NCBI GenBank assembly: GCA_965219385.1 | Contig: CBDCNM010000002.1 | Location: 1,482,936-1,546,935, forward strand | Direction: 5' to 3' | Origin: Candidatus Latescibacterota bacterium | GTDB lineage: Bacteria > Latescibacterota > UBA2968 > UBA8231 | DNA length: 64,000 bases | Shown here: positions 1-10,267 of the stretch, piece by piece | How the letters are laid out: every line of letters starts with the position of its first letter | Numbering within the stretch: position 1 is the stretch's first letter | Notes under the pieces: generated by a model | What the model was told of the DNA's origin: nothing | Database searches by the model: none | What the model saw: the letters and a program-made list of their open reading frames with translations, nothing else | Made by a program: the position numbers and the translations under genes

Positions 1-206
1 CGCGACCGTTTGAGGAAACAGGCACAGCGGGCCGCAAAACACCCGGACAAAGGCCGGGACAAGAGCCAAGAAAAGGGCCAAGCACCGGCTCGGCGGCCTT
101 GAGGGCCACCAGGTAGCGCGGTCTTGACATAGATACTCTACATGACCAAAAAATCAAGAAGCGTGTCCCCCATTTCTTGGACGAGGAGTCTCAATGTTTG
201 GCAACC

Positions 207-287
207 ATGGCCCGTAACCACTCCAACGTCGTTTATACGCGCCGCCGCATTGTGTTCGGCTGGTACGGCGGGAAGTTCTCTCACCTC
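207..287 (+). pseudogene. N-terminal fragment of a D12-class DNA adenine methyltransferase
   Basis: RRRIVFGWYGGKFSHL resembles the Dam-family N-terminal motif; the similarity stops immediately afterwards. Confidence 0.5.
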
Positions 288-532
288 AAATTCGACTACT
301 TGCGCCCCGTGCTACAGCAGGCCCTCGAAGCCCAAGGCCAGCCCGTCAGATGCCGCGCACCGGTTGGCACCTGGCCTTGGCCGCCCTGGAGCGATCAAGT
401 GAGCTGCTGGCCGTTCCCCCCCCCGTGCATTATTGCAGATCGTAAGGCTTGACCGGAGACGAAAAACGCCGCTCAGGGCCGTTTAAGGACCGCCCCACAG
501 ATTGAAACATCCCGGAGAAAGGAGCCCCACCT

Positions 533-1347
533 ATGACCACGGGCAACAAGAAAAGCAACAAGAAAATCGCCGACTTTGTGGAGCGGAACGAAACCCCGCC
601 GACATCCCACGACAAGCCGGATCTGGACTTGATGAAATTTCAACCGATTGCCATTGCCACCGAGGACCCGGACGGGCAGGAAGAAAACGGGAAGAAGGAA
701 GACGCGGCCCGGGCCCAGGGTGCCGACCGCCGACCGCGTCCTGGCCGCCAGCGCCGCCCACGTTCGCCCCAGACGGAACCGGCCGCGCCTGAAAAAGAGG
801 CCCTGGAAACCGCCTTACTGCACAGTGTCAAGGAGCGCAGAGCGCACGAAGCCCCGGCCGCATGGATAGCCCTGGCGCGCCTGGCATGGTACCACAAGCA
901 CGGGAAAGATTGCCCCCTCAAGCAGCAAACCACCGAGGCCACCCTGGGCGAACACTCTGACCTATGGTCTAACCTATGGTCGAAGCCGGGCACGTGGTCG
1001 AAGCCGGGCGTGCCGCTGGTGGGCGAGACCGGCGCCCCCCTCCCGTTGGCGGTTGCCTGCTCAAGGCCGACCTTATGGCCCTGGTACGCGAGCGGCTGGA
1101 CGCCCTGGTTGAAACGCTATCCGAGCAGGAACGCCGCGAGGCTCAGGCCGCGGTAGCCCTGTATCGGGAGCATCACCCAGACGGAAGGGGGCTGAACCTC
1201 GAGCAAGCCCTAAAAGTAAAAGGCCCCATGATCCCCCCTGGTGGCACCTGGTACGTCGTCAAACCCCGTGGGAACCCGACGAGGGAACCAAACTGGCGCA
1301 TTAGCCTACACTACATCCCGCCCAGAGAAGAGGGATACATCCATTGA
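533..1347 (+). pseudogene. Hypothetical protein, probably frameshifted (ORFs 533-1156 and 976-1347)
   Basis: GGAG RBS before ATG 533; two overlapping ORFs; local 12- and 18-bp tandem duplications at 960-1009. Confidence 0.3.
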
Positions 1348-1398
1348 TGATTACTCTACTCATATATTTTCGTTTTCATCCAAACCTGGAGGTTTATT

Positions 1399-2067
1399 AT
1401 GAACAAAATGATCGGGATTTTCGCAGCACTGTATTGCGCATTCATGCTCTTCCCCATTGAAGAGGCAGCGGCGCAAGTCAATGGTGGAGGAGATGTGCTG
1501 AACGAAGTCCCTATTTGGCCGGTTCCGGCTGAAATGACCCTGGAGGAATACACCGACGCCAATCGCAGACTGGGCGTCGGCCTGGCTTTGATGTCCGTGC
1601 CGCTCCCCGGAGCGTTGCATTTTTATGCCGGTGAAAGCAGAGAAGGGTGGATGCATGTCGGTGCCGCGGTACTGGGGGGCGCTTCCATTGTACTCGGCGC
1701 AGCTATGATCGACGAGAAGGAGAATGCCTGGGAAAAAACGGACTTTGAAATCGTCGACGTAACAGGAGAAACCGGTAAGGTAGAGCGATATGAAAAAATA
1801 CCTATCGAGGAACAAGGAGGAGTGTTTACCTACCGGCTGCAAAGGCTCGATCGCAAAACCGAGGGGGCCGGGGCTGCATTCGTAGCCCTGGGAGTGGGTT
1901 TGCTAGTGGGGCAATTACTGCACGACTGGATCGACGGCATAAAGACGATTGAGCGCAAGAGGGACGCGGTGAGGTATAAATATGGTAAATCCTCGGGCTA
2001 TGGGTTGAGCGTGAATCCCAATATCGAGCGGGGTAGCCTCGGGGCGAAGCTTTCGTTGCGTTTTTGA
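1399..2067 (+). CDS. Hypothetical exported/membrane protein
   Basis: GGAGG RBS, signal peptide, hydrophobic segments, C-terminal ...LSLRF. Confidence 0.7.
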   Translation: MNKMIGIFAALYCAFMLFPIEEAAAQVNGGGDVLNEVPIWPVPAEMTLEEYTDANRRLGVGLALMSVPLPGALHFYAGESREGWMHVGAAVLGGASIVLGAAMIDEKENAWEKTDFEIVDVTGETGKVERYEKIPIEEQGGVFTYRLQRLDRKTEGAGAAFVALGVGLLVGQLLHDWIDGIKTIERKRDAVRYKYGKSSGYGLSVNPNIERGSLGAKLSLRF

Positions 2068-2099
2068 TCCGCCGCTTCCACTTGACGAACCATGTTGTC

Positions 2100-2310
2100 G
2101 CCCTGAAATTTTCCAAAATGAAACTGGCGTTCGAATAGTCCGGTTTGTCCAAAAACTGCTCCCGCATTTCCCCAAGCCACAGCACAGGCTCGACCAGATC
2201 GGCTTGCCCGGCGTGAAGAGCGAGTCGTCGGCCCTCAGTACACAATCAACCCACTTCTGCGCGGCTACGTAAACCTTCTCTACACAGTCTCCTGTCTTTC
2301 TGCTACCCAT
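2100..2310 (-). pseudogene. Frameshifted N-terminal fragment of a probable McrB-like AAA+ protein
   Basis: VYVAAQKWVDCVLRADDSLFTPGKPIWS continues in another frame as WLGEMREQFLDKPD; family recalled from memory. Confidence 0.35.
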
Positions 2311-2446
2311 CGTTCTCCTCTACTCACCAGGGTATCGAACTACAGGGATAGGGATTGCCCGTCCATGATCACTCGGCGACCACCGGCCTTTGGCCGAGGG
2401 GCGGCCGGCGATCCTCGCGGTCAATCCGGCAGAGCGGGGCGCATAC

Positions 2447-3085
2447 TCACGGACGCCCGGCCGCTTTCAGACCGCCCCAGGTAGTTTGGGCGACAGCGCT
2501 AGAGGGATCAATGCGCTGGTATTCCAGGGTGTCGACCCCCTCCTCCGTGGTAGTAGTGATGAACAGGGTGTCGCCCTCGATGGCCCAAGCCACCCCCACC
2601 CCGGAGAACTCGGCGAGAAACTGCTCCTCGTCCATTCCGGCGAGGAACTCGTTGACGAAGTTCTGCTCGAACGCCGGGTAGTCCGCTTCGGAGATTCCGA
2701 GCAGATCCGCTGCAACACGGGCCAGGGCGCGGGCGACCTCGGCGAGGACCTCGAAGAAGTCCCGGCCGTCAACGAGTATTTCCGCCTCGGCGATATCAAC
2801 CAAGAGACTGTCGCCGGCGACCTGGTAGGTGCCGGTGCCCTGGACGGTGACCTTCTCTACGGGTATTTCCGCGGCTTCGACAACGGACTGGAAGCCTTCT
2901 CCCAGCTTGATGACCTGGTTGAGCTCAAAGGCGCCATCCGCCTCGAAGGTCAGGCGCATGGTAACCGCGTTGCCTTCCTCGTCCACGAAGCTCCCCTCCC
3001 AGGTGCCGTGGAGGGCCTCTTCCTGGGCGGAGAGCGGAAGGACGAGTACACAGAGGAACAGGATAGACGACAGAATCTGGCGCAT
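2447..3085 (-). CDS. Secreted lipocalin-like protein with C-terminal AVxxxTWGxLK motif
   Basis: Signal peptide MRQILSSILFLCVLVLPLSA, LHGTW motif, ends SAVAQTTWGGLKAAGRP. Confidence 0.7.
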   Translation of the reverse strand: MRQILSSILFLCVLVLPLSAQEEALHGTWEGSFVDEEGNAVTMRLTFEADGAFELNQVIKLGEGFQSVVEAAEIPVEKVTVQGTGTYQVAGDSLLVDIAEAEILVDGRDFFEVLAEVARALARVAADLLGISEADYPAFEQNFVNEFLAGMDEEQFLAEFSGVGVAWAIEGDTLFITTTTEEGVDTLEYQRIDPSSAVAQTTWGGLKAAGRP

Positions 3086-3665
3086 GAGGGTCTCCATTTT
3101 AGGGGTAAAGGGTTGCAAGTGCGCCGGAACAGCACTCGCCACAAATTGGAAAAGGATGTCCGGCGGCAAACTCGGCACAACTGAAGGCACTGATCTGTCA
3201 GAAGCGGTACTTCAGGGTGACGTCCACCGCCCGGTAGCCGGGGCCGCCGCACAACGACAAACGAGGAATCCTTTTTTCCTTTTTCCTTTTTGCTTTTACT
3301 TTTTTGCTTGGTATTTTATTAATATGTATTAATATCAATGTACGACCTTTTTGTCAAGTCCGCGCCGGAAAAATTCTGGTCAAGACCGCAAGGCAGGGTA
3401 AAAGGGGCCGACGATCAGCAGCTTGAACCGCAGCCGGGTGAAAAATCCGGGCGCTGAACGGGTCGCCGCCGGTGAACTGCTTGATGCGGCTCTCGGCTCA
3501 GGCGAGGCCGGGTCGCAGGTGTAGACGATCCTGGGTAGTGTCCCTATTGGGCATGTGAAAAGTCGGTAACTCATTGGGCGACAATAAACTATCGGAAGAC
3601 TAAAACCGCCGCTGGCATCGCCCAATGGCGGCCCGTACGAGGTTTTTTGGATAAGGGAGGAATTT

Positions 3666-6600
3666 ATGCTGAACTGTCGTTTGCTCCACTTGTTGGTTGC
3701 AGCGGGCTGTGTGGCTCTTTCAGGGGCGAACACCGCGCGAGCCACTTCGGGCAAAATTTCCGGGATGGTGACCGATGCCGTCTCCGGCGATGCCCTGCCT
3801 AGTGCCAACGTCTTCATGGTAGAGACCGAAATCGGTACTTCCACGGATTCCAAAGGGCACTTCTTTCTGCTCAATGTCGCCCCTGGCCTCTACACCCTCA
3901 AAATCACCTACATAGGTTATCAGTCCCTCACCGTGGAGGGAGTGCGCGTTTCCACCGGCCTCACCACGGATCTCGAGTTTGTCCTCAGCAGCGAAGCCAT
4001 CGAGGTCGAGGAGCTGGTAATCAAAGCCGAGCGCCCCATCATCGACAAAAATGCCACCAATGCGGTGCGCATCGTCGGGGGCGAAGACCTCGAGATCCTG
4101 CCCGGGCGAGGGGTTGCCCAGGTGGTCAATCTGCAGCCCGGCGTGGTCCTGGACGAGGGGGCGCTGCACGTCCGCGGTTCCCGCTCCGACGAGATCGGCT
4201 ACTATGTCGATGGGACCAGCGTGCGCAACCCGGTTACGGGCGGTGTGGCCGTCGGCCTGATCGACGAGGCCCTGCAAGAGATTCAGCTGCAGGCCGGTGG
4301 CTTCAATGCCGAATACGGGGGCGCCAACGCCGGTATCATCCTGCAGGAATTGCTCACTGGCTCGCCCGATTGGCGGATCGGCTTGCTGAGCGAGACGGAT
4401 AATTTCACCTCCGCGTACAAAAAGCGCTTTGGCACCTATTCCTACGGCTATTCCAACCAGGTCATTACGCTGAGCGGTCCGGTGGCCGGCAACAAGAAAG
4501 TCCGGGCTTTCCTGGCCGGGCAGCGCCGGGTGCAGGATTTCCAGCCTTCCTATTGGGATGGCTTCCAGTTCGACGACCTGGTCGACTCGGGAGATCGCGG
4601 CGGACGGAGCCACTGGGCCGAGGACGCCGACGGCCATGCTGTGCCGGATACCGTGGATCTGAATCTGCAACCGGGCAACATTGACCATACGAGCCGAGAG
4701 CGCCTTGACTTCAACGGCACCCTGCTGTTCAACCTGCAGCCCTTCCAACTGCGCCTCACCGGCCTCTATTCCACCGAGGATCTGGAACTCAACCCCACCC
4801 CCATCCGCAACATGCTCAACACGGCGCGCCTGCCCGAACTGGAGCGAGTGTCGGGCTTGCTCAATATCAAGGGCACCCACTTTCTCAGTCCCAAAATGTT
4901 CTACGAGGTGAACGTCAGTCTTTACAGCCAGGGCCGCGAGATCTTCGACCCGGTCTTTAGAGACAACTTCATGCTCTATAACGACAGCCTGGCCGTGGCC
5001 CAGGCCAACCCCGATTTCACGCCGTATTCCACCCAGGGCGTGGCGCCGCGCAACTACGATTTGAACGGCTTTCCCTTTGCCCGGCCGGGCACGCCGGTGT
5101 GGCCGTCAAACGGTACGTCCCGGTCCAGTCTTTACGCCGAGGAGAAGGACAGCTACTACGGCCTTGGCGGCAGTCTGACCCGTCAGACCGATGTGCACGA
5201 GCACAAGCTGGGCTTCGACATTCAGCGCTGGACCTCGCGGCGCTATGGAATCGCCCTGAACTCGATCCGCAATGCCATCCGCAATACCTACCCCAAGCTG
5301 GATTCGGTCTACGTTGATTACTACGCCGGGGAGATCGCCGACGACGAGGTAATGGACGCGCTCATCGCCAAGGCCGAGACCCTGGACGACGACGAGGGCA
5401 GTCTGGATGATTTTGCCGCCCTGATCCGCAACACCAGTCGGACCGACTACTTCGGCTTTGACGCCTTTGGGCGCCCGGACGAAGGCACCGGGCTCGAGGC
5501 GCCGCGCAATCCGGTGCTGGCTTCGGCCTTTATCCAGGACAAGATCGAGTACAAGGATCTCATCGTGAACGCCGGGCTGCGCTGGGATTACTTCGATGTC
5601 GATAGTTTCCGCTTCAAGGATCCAGCGGCGCCCGTGCGCAACGATTCGCTCTTCACCATCGATCTCAATTCGATGGAAAAGACCCGCACCTTCCACGAGA
5701 TCAGCCCGCGGCTCGGGTTCTCGTTCCCGGTGTCGGATGTGACGGTTTTCCACGTCCAGTACGGCCGCTTTTCGCAGATGCCGGCCATGCGCTCCATGTT
5801 CACCGGCGGGGCGCGGTTGGCCCTGGAACTGGGCGGCCAGAACTTCATCCCTACCCCCACTGCCTTTGACATTGAGCCGATCCGCACCACCCAGTACGAA
5901 ATTGGCTTTGAGCGTCAGTTCACTGCAATGGCCTCCTTCGACATCACCGGCTTCTACCGCGACGTCAAGGGTCAGTTGCAGCTGCAGCGCCAGGATATTT
6001 CGGCCAATGCGCGGAACGCCAACGCGTACAACTTTTTGCAGAACGGGGATTTCGCCACTACCAAGGGCGTGGAATTCGTCTTCAAGTTGCGCCGCGTAAA
6101 CCGCTTGCGCACCGAATTCAACTATACGCTGTCGGATGCGCGCGGCACTGGGTCGTCGACCAATTCGGCCGTTTCCGGGGTCGAGAACAACACCAACCTG
6201 CCGACGATCATCTCGCCGCTGGATTTCAACGAGACGCATCGGGGCAACCTCTTTCTCGACTACCGCTTCGCCCACAACGAGGGCGGCGCCATCCTGAAAA
6301 ACTCAGGGGCCAACCTGCTGATGAAGTTCAGCAGCGGCCACAACTTCACCCTGTTCGGCGGCTCCATTGGCCAGCGCGGACCCGAGGAAGGCGGCATTTT
6401 GGCCAGCGACGACCCGCGCTCGCGCAGGCCCGCGGAAAGCATCAACCTATCTTCGACGCCCTGGAGCTTTGAGGTCGATCTGAAAGTGGACAAAGGTTTC
6501 GATCTGTTCGGCGCCAACGCCCAGGTCTACCTCTACGTCTATAACCTGTTCGACCGCAAGAACGCAATCAACGTGTACGGCCGCACCGGCAACGCCGAGG

Positions 6601-6785
6601 ACGACGGCTTCCTCACCAACCCGGATCTGAGCAGCCAGATCGTCGAGGCCAGTGGCGGCTCGACTTACCGGCAGCTGTACGAGGCCATTAACCTGGCCAA
6701 CCGGCAGCACTACTGGTTCAACGAAGGCGGCGATATTTTGGGCGATCCGCGCCAGATCCGCTTTGGCGTCAAACTGGGCCTCTAG
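3666..6785 (+). CDS. TonB-dependent receptor with carboxypeptidase-regulatory-like N-domain
   Basis: GKISGMVTD..., plug LHVRGSRS..YYVDG, GGFNAEYG, NAGLRWDYF, C-terminal PRQIRFGVKLGL. Confidence 0.92.
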   Translation: MLNCRLLHLLVAAGCVALSGANTARATSGKISGMVTDAVSGDALPSANVFMVETEIGTSTDSKGHFFLLNVAPGLYTLKITYIGYQSLTVEGVRVSTGLTTDLEFVLSSEAIEVEELVIKAERPIIDKNATNAVRIVGGEDLEILPGRGVAQVVNLQPGVVLDEGALHVRGSRSDEIGYYVDGTSVRNPVTGGVAVGLIDEALQEIQLQAGGFNAEYGGANAGIILQELLTGSPDWRIGLLSETDNFTSAYKKRFGTYSYGYSNQVITLSGPVAGNKKVRAFLAGQRRVQDFQPSYWDGFQFDDLVDSGDRGGRSHWAEDADGHAVPDTVDLNLQPGNIDHTSRERLDFNGTLLFNLQPFQLRLTGLYSTEDLELNPTPIRNMLNTARLPELERVSGLLNIKGTHFLSPKMFYEVNVSLYSQGREIFDPVFRDNFMLYNDSLAVAQANPDFTPYSTQGVAPRNYDLNGFPFARPGTPVWPSNGTSRSSLYAEEKDSYYGLGGSLTRQTDVHEHKLGFDIQRWTSRRYGIALNSIRNAIRNTYPKLDSVYVDYYAGEIADDEVMDALIAKAETLDDDEGSLDDFAALIRNTSRTDYFGFDAFGRPDEGTGLEAPRNPVLASAFIQDKIEYKDLIVNAGLRWDYFDVDSFRFKDPAAPVRNDSLFTIDLNSMEKTRTFHEISPRLGFSFPVSDVTVFHVQYGRFSQMPAMRSMFTGGARLALELGGQNFIPTPTAFDIEPIRTTQYEIGFERQFTAMASFDITGFYRDVKGQLQLQRQDISANARNANAYNFLQNGDFATTKGVEFVFKLRRVNRLRTEFNYTLSDARGTGSSTNSAVSGVENNTNLPTIISPLDFNETHRGNLFLDYRFAHNEGGAILKNSGANLLMKFSSGHNFTLFGGSIGQRGPEEGGILASDDPRSRRPAESINLSSTPWSFEVDLKVDKGFDLFGANAQVYLYVYNLFDRKNAINVYGRTGNAEDDGFLTNPDLSSQIVEASGGSTYRQLYEAINLANRQHYWFNEGGDILGDPRQIRFGVKLGL

Positions 6786-6806
6786 GATACGGAGGGAAAA
6801 GACGCT

Positions 6807-9800
6807 ATGAAGAAATTCATCACTTATCTGGCGGCCGCAGGGCTTTTGCTGGGCGCGTCCGCCCCGGCCGCAAGCCGCAGCGCGGACAGCGCCGCCAGGG
6901 CCGCGCAGGCCAATTTTGGCGAGCGCGCCTTGATCAACATCAATAACATGTCCATGTGGTTCAAGCGCGACGGCTGGTCCGGGCGCAACCCCCTCAACGA
7001 CAATTCGGGTGTGACCTTTCCGCGCTCCACCGACCAGGTCATCTTTCAGGACGGCTTGATCTGGGGCGGTATTGTCAAGGACGGCGATCCGCAGGACTTG
7101 CGCGTCGGCGGCCAGACCTACGAGATTGGCACTGTGCCCGGCCGCATCGTCTCCAAAGGCGTGGCCGAAGATCCGGCCGATCCGAGCGTGCGCATCTACC
7201 GCATCCGCCGGGATTACCAGACGGCTGATCTGCGCCTCGATGCCTCCGAGAGTCTGGGGATTGGGCTGAGTGCGGTGACCGACAGCGACGTCGAGGAGTT
7301 GCGCGCCCAGTACGAGCGCGACTGGCGCGAATGGCCCTGGGAGAAGGGAGCCCCGTACTACGACAACGACGGCAACGGCTCGTACGACCCGGATGTGGAC
7401 GAACCAGGGGTGGCCGGGGCCGACCAGGTGGCCTGGTTCGCGGTCAACGACCTCGATGTGGGGGCCGCTCAATCGCTCTACGGTTCCAAGCCCATTGGTC
7501 TGGAAGCGCAGATGCTGTTTTGGGGCTATGCCCGCACCGACGCCCTGGGCGATGTGATCTTCAAGAAGTACACCGTCATTTACAAGGGGACCAGCGCCAC
7601 CCCGGACACGGCCCGCATTGAGGATATGTACTTTGCCCAGTGGTCCGACCCCGACCTGGGCGACTTTGGCGACGACTTTGCCGGGGCCGACATTGATTTG
7701 AGCCTGGGGTACGTGTATAACTCGATCGACGACGACTCCCACTACGTGCCCTTTGGGCTGGCCCCGCCGGCGGCTGGGTACGATTTCCTCCAGGGTCCCA
7801 TCGTGCCGGTCTTCCAAAAGGACGAAAATGGCGATACCCTGCTGGACGAGGACGGCGAGCCCGTCCTCGATGAGAGTTCGGAAGCCATTTTCAATTTTGG
7901 CCGGCGACCCGGCTTCCGCAATCTGCCCATGACTTCGTTTGTGTACTTTGCCGCGGGTTCGGCCATTAGCGACCCGGAGTTGGGCGAGTACATCGGCACC
8001 CAGGAATGGTACAATCTGCTGCGCGGTTTCCAGCCCCAGCCCGACATCAACAACCCGGTGCCCTACACCAACCCCCTGACCGGCGAGGACACCTTCTTCA
8101 CCCTCGACGGCGATCCGACCACGGCCCAGGGCTGGAACGACGGCATCCCGCTGCCTGCGGGCGATCGGCGCATCGTGCTCAATACCGGCCCCTTTGAGAT
8201 GGCTTTGGGCGATACCCAGGAAGTGGTGGTCGCGCTGCTGGGCGGCATTTCGACGGATCGCCTGCGCAGCGTCTCCAAGCTCAAGTTCAGCGATCAGTTC
8301 GTGCAGGACGCGTACAACAGCTTTTTCGCGGTGCCCAAGCCGCCGGTTGGTCCCGACGTGCGGGCTTCCCAACTGGACCAGACGGTTTTGCTCGACTGGG
8401 GCTGGAACGGGGCCATTATCGAGCAGACCGAGGGCGACGACGGTTCGGGTTTTGTCTTTGAAGGGTACAATCTCTACCAGTTCCCTTCGGCCGAGGCCAC
8501 CCTGGACCAGGGCGAGCGCCTGGGTACCTTTGATGTGGAGAACGGGGTCACGGCCGTCCTGGGCATTGATCTGGACGACGCTTCGGGCGTCATCCTGGAG
8601 GTGCCTTTGCAGGTCGGTTCCGACTTTGGAGTGCGGCGGACGGTCCGGTTGACCCAGGACGCCCTTCGCGGCGGCCCCCTGGTCAACGGCCAGGAATACT
8701 ATTTCGCGGTCACCGCGTACAGCCGCAATACCGCGGAAGGCGCGGCGGTGACAACGCTGGAAAGCACGCCCAGAACGCTCATTTGCGTGCCGCAGACGCC
8801 GCCTTTGGGCACGCGCTACCAGAGCGAAGCGGGTGAATCGATCGACACTGAGCACGCCTCGGGCGTCAGCGATGGCTCGGTGGGGGTCGCGGTGGTCGAT
8901 CCGACCCGCACCACGGGCGACGGGTACCAGGTGGAATTCGTCGAGATAGTAGTGGACGAAGAGACCGGAGAGACAGCGACCGCCTGGCAGTTGCGCAACA
9001 ACACCCGGAACGAGGTAGTGGTCGGGGCCCAGACCGACCAGTCGGGTACTGCGCTCTACGTCCCCAGCGAGGGCTTCGATATCCAGGTCTCGGGGCCGCC
9101 GCCGGGCATGAAGGACTGGGACATCCCCACGGGCGAGCGCTGGTTCACCTGGGCCGGTAGCGAGTGGGGCGCCGAAGGCTTCGGGGGCGCCATGACCGGC
9201 GATCCGAACCACGAGTGGTTTGCGCCGACTACCCTGACGCCGGACCGGCTGCGCACGGTGGAATTGCGCTTCACCAGCGTCGACGAAGCGGATGGCGAAA
9301 ACCAGTACAAACCCCTCGACCTCGACAACGAGAACGTGTCCTACGCCTACCGCTATCTCCGCGGGGCCGGCGCCGATCCGCCCGCTCCGGGAGACCTGAC
9401 CACCACGCAGAATGGATGGGATTTCAGCAACTATATCATAAACACCGAAGGCCCTGGGGTTTACGTATACCAGGACCGCGTGCCCATCGCCCTGTCGGCC
9501 TGGGACGTGGAGAGCGAACCGCCGCGGCGGCTCGAAGTGGCCTTTTTGGAGAACAACCAGCCCGGTGGCTTGGTCAACGGCGCGTACGGGCCGGCTTTTT
9601 ACAATGCGGTGAGCAATCTCGCGAGTAGCGGGCCGCGGGAGTGGCTGTTCATCTTCGACCTCGAGTACACCGATCCGAACCAGGGCCAGAACAGCGATAT
9701 CCTGCTGCGCAACGGCTTGATTCGCAACGCCGACAGCGAGGATAACCTGCCCTTCATGTGGATCATCTTCGCGGCCCGGCGCCAGGAAGACCGCTTTCCG

Positions 9801-10229
9801 CAGGACGGGGACTCCTTCCTGCTGATCGCCAACCACGTCAATACCCCGGCTGATGTCTTCAGCTTTGAGGTGCCGGGCACCCTGTTCGATCCCGACAGCC
9901 TGAAAGTGGATGTCGCGCTCATCAATGTCTTCCCCAACCCTTACTACGGGGTCAACGAGGCCGAGACTTCTCCCTTCAACCACTTCGTGACCTTCAGCCA
10001 CTTGCCGCAGAAAGCCACGATCCGGCTCTACGACTTGGCCGGCAATTTGGTGCGGACCCTGGAAAAGGACGACGGCGACCAGTTCGCGCGCTGGGATCTG
10101 AGCAACCACAACGAGCTGCCAGTGGCCAGCGGCATCTACTTGGCCCATATCGAATTGCCCGATATCGGCAAGGATCGGGTCTTAAAGGTGGTAGTCCTGC
10201 AGGAGCAGCAATTCCTGGAGAACTACTAA
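6807..10229 (+). CDS. Large secreted protein with T9SS type A/FlgD-Ig-like C-terminal domain
   Basis: Signal peptide; FN3-like NGQEYYFAVTAY; C-terminal INVFPNPY...WDLSN..PVASGIYL. Confidence 0.85.
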   Translation: MKKFITYLAAAGLLLGASAPAASRSADSAARAAQANFGERALININNMSMWFKRDGWSGRNPLNDNSGVTFPRSTDQVIFQDGLIWGGIVKDGDPQDLRVGGQTYEIGTVPGRIVSKGVAEDPADPSVRIYRIRRDYQTADLRLDASESLGIGLSAVTDSDVEELRAQYERDWREWPWEKGAPYYDNDGNGSYDPDVDEPGVAGADQVAWFAVNDLDVGAAQSLYGSKPIGLEAQMLFWGYARTDALGDVIFKKYTVIYKGTSATPDTARIEDMYFAQWSDPDLGDFGDDFAGADIDLSLGYVYNSIDDDSHYVPFGLAPPAAGYDFLQGPIVPVFQKDENGDTLLDEDGEPVLDESSEAIFNFGRRPGFRNLPMTSFVYFAAGSAISDPELGEYIGTQEWYNLLRGFQPQPDINNPVPYTNPLTGEDTFFTLDGDPTTAQGWNDGIPLPAGDRRIVLNTGPFEMALGDTQEVVVALLGGISTDRLRSVSKLKFSDQFVQDAYNSFFAVPKPPVGPDVRASQLDQTVLLDWGWNGAIIEQTEGDDGSGFVFEGYNLYQFPSAEATLDQGERLGTFDVENGVTAVLGIDLDDASGVILEVPLQVGSDFGVRRTVRLTQDALRGGPLVNGQEYYFAVTAYSRNTAEGAAVTTLESTPRTLICVPQTPPLGTRYQSEAGESIDTEHASGVSDGSVGVAVVDPTRTTGDGYQVEFVEIVVDEETGETATAWQLRNNTRNEVVVGAQTDQSGTALYVPSEGFDIQVSGPPPGMKDWDIPTGERWFTWAGSEWGAEGFGGAMTGDPNHEWFAPTTLTPDRLRTVELRFTSVDEADGENQYKPLDLDNENVSYAYRYLRGAGADPPAPGDLTTTQNGWDFSNYIINTEGPGVYVYQDRVPIALSAWDVESEPPRRLEVAFLENNQPGGLVNGAYGPAFYNAVSNLASSGPREWLFIFDLEYTDPNQGQNSDILLRNGLIRNADSEDNLPFMWIIFAARRQEDRFPQDGDSFLLIANHVNTPADVFSFEVPGTLFDPDSLKVDVALINVFPNPYYGVNEAETSPFNHFVTFSHLPQKATIRLYDLAGNLVRTLEKDDGDQFARWDLSNHNELPVASGIYLAHIELPDIGKDRVLKVVVLQEQQFLENY

Positions 10230-10267
10230 GTCTGCGCTGAACCAGACATTAAAGAGGAGATCTACCC

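Noticed and set aside
960..1009. 12-bp and 18-bp tandem duplications
   Set aside because: Only two copies each in a probable pseudogene; no evidence of a functional repeat.
6447..10148. 1233-aa minus-strand ORF and similar long antisense ORFs (e.g. 28678-30432, 13873-15186)
   Set aside because: Shadow frames of high-GC genes with clear family motifs on the opposite strand.
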